Below are positions 58,656 to 64,000 of a stretch of 64,000 nucleotides of DNA, piece by piece (position 1 is the stretch's first letter; every line of letters starts with the position of its first letter). Source of the stretch: Vicinamibacteria bacterium (GTDB taxonomy: Bacteria > Acidobacteriota > Vicinamibacteria > Marinacidobacterales > Marinacidobacteraceae); contig OZ219815.1 in assembly GCA_964291235.2 (NCBI GenBank), positions 1,184,001 to 1,248,000 on the forward strand, in the 5' to 3' direction. The translations under genes and the position numbers were made by a program. The notes under the pieces were generated by a model that was not told where the DNA came from, did no database searches, and worked only from the letters and a program-made list of their open reading frames with translations.

Positions 58656-59876
58656 ATGTTTGAACTTTCGGGCACCCAAGTCTCGCTTCGCGACGAAGCG
58701 CGTGAACTGGCCGAACAGGAGATCGCGCCGCGCGCCGCCGAGGTGGACCGGACGGAGGCCTACCCGTGGGCCAACGTGGAGGCGTTGACCGCGGCCGGTT
58801 TCATGGGCATGACGATCCCGAAGGAGTACGGCGGCCCCGGCCTGACCTGTCTGGATGCGGTCCCAGTCATCGAACAGCTAGCCCGGGTCTGCGGCGTGAC
58901 CGCCCGCATTGTCGTGGAGGCCAACATGGGCGCGATCGGCGCGATCATGCGGTACGGCTCCGAGGCGCAGAAGAGGCTCGCGGCCGAGCTGGTGCTCTCG
59001 GGGGACAAGCCCGCGATCTGCATTACCGAGCCCGCTGCCGGGAGCGCGGCTACCGAGATGACGACCCGCGCCGACAGGAAGGGCGGGCACTTCGTCCTCA
59101 ACGGAGTCAAGCACTGGATCACGGGCGGCGGGGTGTCCCGGCTCCATCTCATCTTCGCCCGGGTGTTCGAGGACGGGATCGAGCAGGGGATAGGGGGCTT
59201 CATGGTTGTTCGCTGTCCGGACACCGGCGCTCCGGACGGCCTCCGGATCGGCCGCCGCGAGCCGGCCATGGGCCTCTGCGGCCTACCCGAGACGGAGATC
59301 CTGCTTGAAGACCTGGAAGTGTCTGACGACACGATCGTCATCCCGCCGGAAGGCCTTCGGCGTGGCTTCGCGGGCCTGATGAACGCCTACAACGGCCAGC
59401 GGGTCGGAGCGGCGACGGTGGCGCTCGGCATCGCGCAGGGCGCTTACGAGCTGGCGCTCGACTACAGCCGGACGCGCGAGCAGTTCGGGCGGCCCATCTG
59501 CGAGTTCCAGGGTCTGCAGTGGATGCTCGCCGACATGGCGACGGCGCTCGACGCCGCGCGGCTGATGATCTGGCGGGCCGCCGCCGGCGCGGACAAGTCG
59601 GGCTTCCCCGATGCCACCGAGGCGGCCCAGGCCAAGATCCTGGCCTCCGAGACCGCCGTGAAGGTCACGAACGATGCGCTGCAGATGTTCGGCGCCGCCG
59701 GCTATTCGCGGAACCGTCCGCTCGAACGCATGGTCCGTGATGCTCGCATGTTCACGATCGGCGGCGGCACCGCACAGATCCTGCGGACGCTGGTCGCTTC
59801 CCGCCTGCTCGGACGCAAACTGCCGCAGACCCGCGACGGCTACGTTGGGCCCGGGATCGAGGGGCGAGAGCCGTGA
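58656..59876 (+). CDS. 3-sulfinopropionyl-CoA desulfinase-like acyl-CoA dehydrogenase family protein
   Basis: GDKPAICITEP, WITGGGVS.LHLIFAR, YNGQRVG, RDARMFTIGGGT (no catalytic Glu) and KLPQTRDGY tail. Confidence 0.85.
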   Translation: MFELSGTQVSLRDEARELAEQEIAPRAAEVDRTEAYPWANVEALTAAGFMGMTIPKEYGGPGLTCLDAVPVIEQLARVCGVTARIVVEANMGAIGAIMRYGSEAQKRLAAELVLSGDKPAICITEPAAGSAATEMTTRADRKGGHFVLNGVKHWITGGGVSRLHLIFARVFEDGIEQGIGGFMVVRCPDTGAPDGLRIGRREPAMGLCGLPETEILLEDLEVSDDTIVIPPEGLRRGFAGLMNAYNGQRVGAATVALGIAQGAYELALDYSRTREQFGRPICEFQGLQWMLADMATALDAARLMIWRAAAGADKSGFPDATEAAQAKILASETAVKVTNDALQMFGAAGYSRNRPLERMVRDARMFTIGGGTAQILRTLVASRLLGRKLPQTRDGYVGPGIEGREP

Positions 59877-59882
59877 CGTGGC

Positions 59883-60085
59883 TAGCAGCCTGTGGTGAAA
59901 CCCCCGTGAGCGCCGAGAGTGGCGAGGCCCAGTTCTCCCGGTGGGGGCCCGGCTGACAAGGCGCGTGAGGGAGGAATACCGGGTGTATTTCGACCGAAAC
60001 GCAACGATGAGCGCCGCAAGGCGGCGCGGTTCAGGCGGGATGCATCGCCGCTCGAACGCCGCGGGGGTTTTGCCACAGGCTGCTA
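59883..60085. mobile_element. MITE-like element with 24-bp terminal inverted repeats
   Basis: TAGCAGCCTGTGGTGAAACCCCCG at 59883-59906 and CGGGGGTTTTGCCACAGGCTGCTA at 60062-60085 (22/24 match); no transposase inside. Confidence 0.7.
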
Positions 60086-60141
60086 CCGCGGCAGGTCGGA
60101 TTGCCGAACGCCCGCCCGAGGCTGTCTGACGGTGGATCTTG

Positions 60142-60513
60142 CTAGCGCTCGGCGCGGCGAGCCATCTCAGCGCGGAACAAGCGCCGAACCCTGCGAATTC
60201 GCCGCCGGTTGACTCCGAAATCGAACGTGCCGGAACGGGCGGCCGAGCGCATGTGAATCACGCTGTCGGCCGGAGCCGCCAGGAATTCCACATCGTCGAT
60301 ATAGCCCTTGGGGCTTCGGGCGAGCGCGTGGAGGTACGAGCCGTCGAACGAGACGACTTCCGTGCGCGGCAGCTGCGAGAGCACCATTTTCAGAGCCTCA
60401 AACGCCGCGGCGAAATCCTGTATGCCCCGGAGCGGCGCGACGTAGTTCCAGACCGGCCAGCGGTACTGGGAGCACACCCCCGTCCGCGCGACGGGATCGC
60501 AGGGCTTCAGCAT
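60142..60513 (-). CDS. DUF1499 family protein
   Basis: LKPC....VCSQ, YLHA....GYIDDVEF and IH.RS..R.G..D.GVNRRR. Confidence 0.8.
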   Translation of the reverse strand: MLKPCDPVARTGVCSQYRWPVWNYVAPLRGIQDFAAAFEALKMVLSQLPRTEVVSFDGSYLHALARSPKGYIDDVEFLAAPADSVIHMRSAARSGTFDFGVNRRRIRRVRRLFRAEMARRAER

Positions 60514-60630
60514 GTGAACTGGAAGGGGACGACAAGCGCCCGACCGGGCGACGGTGGTCCGCAGCCTCCACAGTACGGGGTTTCAGAAACGAACTTGACG
60601 CTTCCGCCCGAACAACCAACAATCCGCGCC

Positions 60631-60900
60631 ATGAGGCCGAACTGGCGCCGGATGCTCCCGTGGGCCGCCGTAGTGGCGCTCGCGCTGCTGGCCTTCAGCG
60701 CCATCCCTCATCTGCACGACGAGGTCGATGGGCAGGGGGACCACTGCGTCCTCTGCTACGCCCAGGACGCGCCCTTCATCGTGTCCGGCCTCCCGGCGAA
60801 TCCGGACCTGGACGTCCGCGCCGCGGTCCTTCCGGTTGCCGCCCCGCGCGTCCACGGGATCACGCCCACGGGGGGCGGCTCCCGGGCGCCGCCCGCCTGA
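60631..60900 (+). CDS. DUF2946-like leader protein (signal/TM, HxH, CxxC, C-terminal RAPP)
   Basis: Hydrophobic N-terminus, PHLH...DHCVLC, ends SRAPPA. Confidence 0.7.
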   Translation: MRPNWRRMLPWAAVVALALLAFSAIPHLHDEVDGQGDHCVLCYAQDAPFIVSGLPANPDLDVRAAVLPVAAPRVHGITPTGGGSRAPPA

Positions 60901-61004
60901 CTCCGCAACAGCCCTAGTCGGCCCCGAGCCGGCCAATCCGTCCTGTTGTTGCGCCCGCGCCCGCTCCGGTGCGCCGGCGTTCCCTCATTTGGGAGGAGAA
61001 TCAG

Positions 61005-61793
61005 ATGTCCACCCAGGCAGTCCTGGAGGCCCCCGCCACGAGCGAGGCCCCACCCATTCCCGTCCACGCGGCGGAACTCGAGGATCCCATCCTCGAGGCC
61101 CGCTCCCTCGTCAAGCGCTACGGCGCCCTTGAAGCCGTTGCCGGCCTCGACCTGTCCATTCGGCCCGGCGAGGTCTACTGTTTGCTGGGCCCGAACGGCG
61201 CCGGTAAGACCACCACCATCCACCTGTTCCTCGGGTTCATCGAACCGAGTTCCGGCCGCGTCCGGGTCTCCGGCTTCGATGTGGCAGAGAGCGCGCTCGA
61301 AGCAAGACGGCGACTGGCCTACGTGCCCGAGCAGGTCATGCTCTACCGCAACCTCAGCGGGCTCGAGAACCTCGAGTACTTCGCGGCCCTCGGCGGCCGG
61401 GAGACGCTCTCGACGAAGCGCCTGACCGACATTCTGGTGGATGTCGGGTTGCCCCTCCCGGCGGTCCGGCGCCGCGTTGCGGAGTACTCGAAGGGCATGC
61501 GCCAGAAGGTCGGGATCGCCATCGCGGTCGCGAAGGACGCCGAGGCGCTGCTGCTCGACGAGCCCACCTCCGGCCTCGACCCCAAGGCCTCCCGGGAGTT
61601 CTCCGAGTTGATCGAGACGCTCCGGAGCCGGGGGGTGGCGGTGCTGATGGCGACCCACGACCTGTTTCGCGCGAAGGAGTCGGGAACCCGGATCGGGATC
61701 ATGCGGCACGGCCGGCTGGTCACCGAACTGAGCACCGGCGAGATCGGCCACGCCGATCTCGAGCGCATCTACCTCGACCACATGCATGAGTAG
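61005..61793 (+). CDS. ABC transporter ATP-binding protein
   Basis: GPNGAGKTT, YSKGMRQK, LLLDEPTSGLDP and H-loop ATHD. Confidence 0.92.
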   Translation: MSTQAVLEAPATSEAPPIPVHAAELEDPILEARSLVKRYGALEAVAGLDLSIRPGEVYCLLGPNGAGKTTTIHLFLGFIEPSSGRVRVSGFDVAESALEARRRLAYVPEQVMLYRNLSGLENLEYFAALGGRETLSTKRLTDILVDVGLPLPAVRRRVAEYSKGMRQKVGIAIAVAKDAEALLLDEPTSGLDPKASREFSELIETLRSRGVAVLMATHDLFRAKESGTRIGIMRHGRLVTELSTGEIGHADLERIYLDHMHE

Positions 61794-63213
61794 GAGGGAC
61801 GTGATGATCCGACACATCGTCAGAAAAGAGTTCACCGACCTGCTCCGGGACGGCCGCTTCCGCTGGTGCGCGGCCATCGTGGGCGTTTTGCTGCTCGTCT
61901 CGCTGGGAAGCGGGTGGGTCGAGACCCGGCGCGCCGAAGCAGCCCACTCCGCGGCGCGGGAGACGGCCCGCGACCACTGGGAGTCCCAGGGGGAGAAGAA
62001 CCCCCACTCGGCGGCCCACTACGGCATCTACGCCTTCAAGCCCCGGCTTCCCCTGTCGTTTCTGGACCAGGGAGTCGATCCCTACACCGGAACCTCGGTC
62101 TGGCTGGAAGCCCACCGCCAGAACGACTTCCTCATGCGCCCGGCGCAGGACGCCACCGCCGGCCAGCGTCTCGGGGCGCTCACGGCAGCGCAGGTCCTTC
62201 AGTACCTGGTGCCGCTGCTGATCATCCTGCTCGCTTTCGGCGCTCTCGCGGGGGAGCGCGAACAGGGCACGCTCAGGCAGCTCCTCGCCACCGGGATCTC
62301 CCGGCGAGATCTGGGGCTCGGCAAGGCGCTAGGGGTGGCGGGCGCCCTCGCGCTGCTCCTGGTTCCGGCGGCGATCGTGGGAAGCGCTGCCATCGCCATC
62401 GGCAGCCCGGGCCCGGGGGCCACGCCGTTCGCGCGGGGCGGGGTCCTGGCCGTCAGCTATCTGGCCTACTTCGGGGTCTTCGTGGCGCTGTCCATCGCGA
62501 TATCGGCGTGGGTCCGGTCGGCCCGGACCGCGCTGGTGGCGCTGCTCGGGATCTGGGTGCTGAACGGACTGGTGGCGCCGCGCGTCGCGGTGGACCTCTC
62601 GAAGTGGCTGCACCCGACGCCTTCGGCGGTCGAGTTCGCCCGCACCATGGAGCGCGAGATCGCCTCCGGCGTTCCCGGCATCGAGCGGCCCGACCGCGGC
62701 GAGACGACCGCCCGCCTGCTCGCGGAGCACGGCGTGGAGACTGTCGATGACCTTCCCGTGAACGTCATCGGCGTGTACCTCCAGGAGAGCGAGGAGTTCG
62801 CCAACCGGATCTTCGACCGCAACTACGGCGCCCTCTGGAACCGGTTCGGACGGCAGGGAGTGGTTCACGAGGCGCTCTCCGTCGCGGCGCCGCTGCTCGC
62901 GGTGCGCACCCTCTCCATGGGGCTCGCCGGAACCGATGTCGAGCAACACCGGCACTTCGCCACCGCGGCGGAGGAGTACCGGAGGGACCTCATGCGCCGG
63001 ATGAACGGCGACCTGGCGGAGAACTCCCGCACCGGGGAGACCTACATCGCCACCGCGGACACCTGGGCGGAGGTTCCGCCCTTCCACTATGACGCCCCCT
63101 CGCTCGGATGGGTGCTGCAGAACCGGACCCTGTCCCTCGGCATGCTCGGGCTGTGGCTGGTGGGCGCGTTCCTGGTCGCCGGATCGCTGGTGCGGCGCGC
63201 CGAGGTGGCGTAA
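61786..63213 (+). CDS. ABC-2 type permease with DUF3526-like domain
   Basis: KNPHSAAHYG, LEAH.QN and GEREQGTL motifs. Confidence 0.85.
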   Translation: MSRRDVMIRHIVRKEFTDLLRDGRFRWCAAIVGVLLLVSLGSGWVETRRAEAAHSAARETARDHWESQGEKNPHSAAHYGIYAFKPRLPLSFLDQGVDPYTGTSVWLEAHRQNDFLMRPAQDATAGQRLGALTAAQVLQYLVPLLIILLAFGALAGEREQGTLRQLLATGISRRDLGLGKALGVAGALALLLVPAAIVGSAAIAIGSPGPGATPFARGGVLAVSYLAYFGVFVALSIAISAWVRSARTALVALLGIWVLNGLVAPRVAVDLSKWLHPTPSAVEFARTMEREIASGVPGIERPDRGETTARLLAEHGVETVDDLPVNVIGVYLQESEEFANRIFDRNYGALWNRFGRQGVVHEALSVAAPLLAVRTLSMGLAGTDVEQHRHFATAAEEYRRDLMRRMNGDLAENSRTGETYIATADTWAEVPPFHYDAPSLGWVLQNRTLSLGMLGLWLVGAFLVAGSLVRRAEVA

Positions 63214-63215
63214 CC

Positions 63216-64000
63216 ATGACCCTCTCTACTGTCCTGCGGAACGAGTGGCGCCTCCTCCGGGCCGACCGCGCGCTCGGGCTGGTGCTGGGAGTGTTCGCCC
63301 TCCTTTTCGCCTACGCGCTGGCGAACGGGATGGCGTGGGTCAATTTCCAGGAAGGGACCGTCGCCGCCGCCCGGGAAGGGAACGTCGAACGCGTCCAGGC
63401 CCTCGAAGCGGAGCTCGAGCGCATCGCGGAGGGCGGTCGCCCCTCCTCCCCGTTCCGCGACCCCCGGTCCCCCAGCGTCCTCGGGGGAGCTCCCGGGGCT
63501 CACACCGCGGTGCTGGACCCGGGCCCGCTGACCGCGCTCGCGGTGGGACAGACCGACCTCTTGCCTTACTACTACGACATCAGCATCCAGACCAACGAGT
63601 CCTCGTTCCTGCAAAACGGCGAGATCGAGAACCCGCTGAACCTGCTGGTGGGGCGCTTCGATCTGGCCTTCGTGCTGGTCTATCTGCTGCCGCTGCTGAT
63701 CCTGGCGCTCAGCTTCAACGTGCTCTCGGGCGAACGGGAGCAGGGAACGCTGGCGCTGACCCTCTCCCAGCCGGTCTCGGCCCGCGGGGTGGTGGCCGCC
63801 AAGCTGGCCTTCCGGGCGATCCTGGTGATGGGGCTGGCTCTCGGTGTCTCGTTGCTCGGGGTCCTCTTCACGGGAGGATTCGAGTCCCCGGGCCGGGTGG
63901 CACTCTGGTGCGCGGCGGTCGCCGCCTACGCGCTCTTCTGGTTCACCCTGGCCGCCTGGGTGAACGGCCTCGGGAGGTCCTCGGCGTGGAACGCCACGGT
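63216..64000 (+). CDS. Second ABC-2/DUF3526-like permease (runs off the window end)
   Basis: MTLSTVLRNEWRLL..., LAVGQTDL.P, ENPL.LL.G.FDLAFV..YLLPL and SGEREQGTL. Confidence 0.85.
   Translation, partial: MTLSTVLRNEWRLLRADRALGLVLGVFALLFAYALANGMAWVNFQEGTVAAAREGNVERVQALEAELERIAEGGRPSSPFRDPRSPSVLGGAPGAHTAVLDPGPLTALAVGQTDLLPYYYDISIQTNESSFLQNGEIENPLNLLVGRFDLAFVLVYLLPLLILALSFNVLSGEREQGTLALTLSQPVSARGVVAAKLAFRAILVMGLALGVSLLGVLFTGGFESPGRVALWCAAVAAYALFWFTLAAWVNGLGRSSAWNAT

Overview
High-GC bacterial chromosome segment. The gene content suggests Acidobacteriota or Gemmatimonadota, possibly marine or sponge-associated; this is an inference. Left part (1-22.1 kb): a TIR-like/nuclease gene pair, a YVTN-PQQ dehydrogenase-cytochrome c operon, GcvT-like and Rieske oxygenase genes, a REP-like repeat cluster, an RNA ligase, two paralogous VPS10/BNR proteins flanking a foreign-looking PIN-like gene, an APC permease, tadA and tRNA-Ser(CGA). 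A ~36 kb integrative, probably conjugative element is inserted at the tRNA-Ser 3' end (att core CACCCTCTCCGC at 22099-22110, repeated at 58452-58463). It carries a P4-type integrase, a Cre-like recombinase, a large SwmB/PKD autotransporter, a compact VirB/VirD4 T4SS with no recognisable HUH relaxase, two ArdC paralogues, a RepB-type primase and AlpA. Its defence-like cargo block holds an MNT/HEPN-like pair, a three-gene ubiquitin-like operon (Ubl + E2-like/E1 ThiF fusion + Cys/His-rich DUF6527-like protein), an HsdR_N-like nuclease and an EEP-family enzyme. The Ubl operon is the most striking candidate system: its Ubl ends in TDQS rather than Gly and no JAB peptidase is present. Right of attR: a 3-sulfinopropionyl-CoA desulfinase-like gene, a MITE, DUF1499, and a CxxC/RAPP leader ORF ahead of an ABC transporter operon. 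All family calls come from motif recognition by eye, not database searches.
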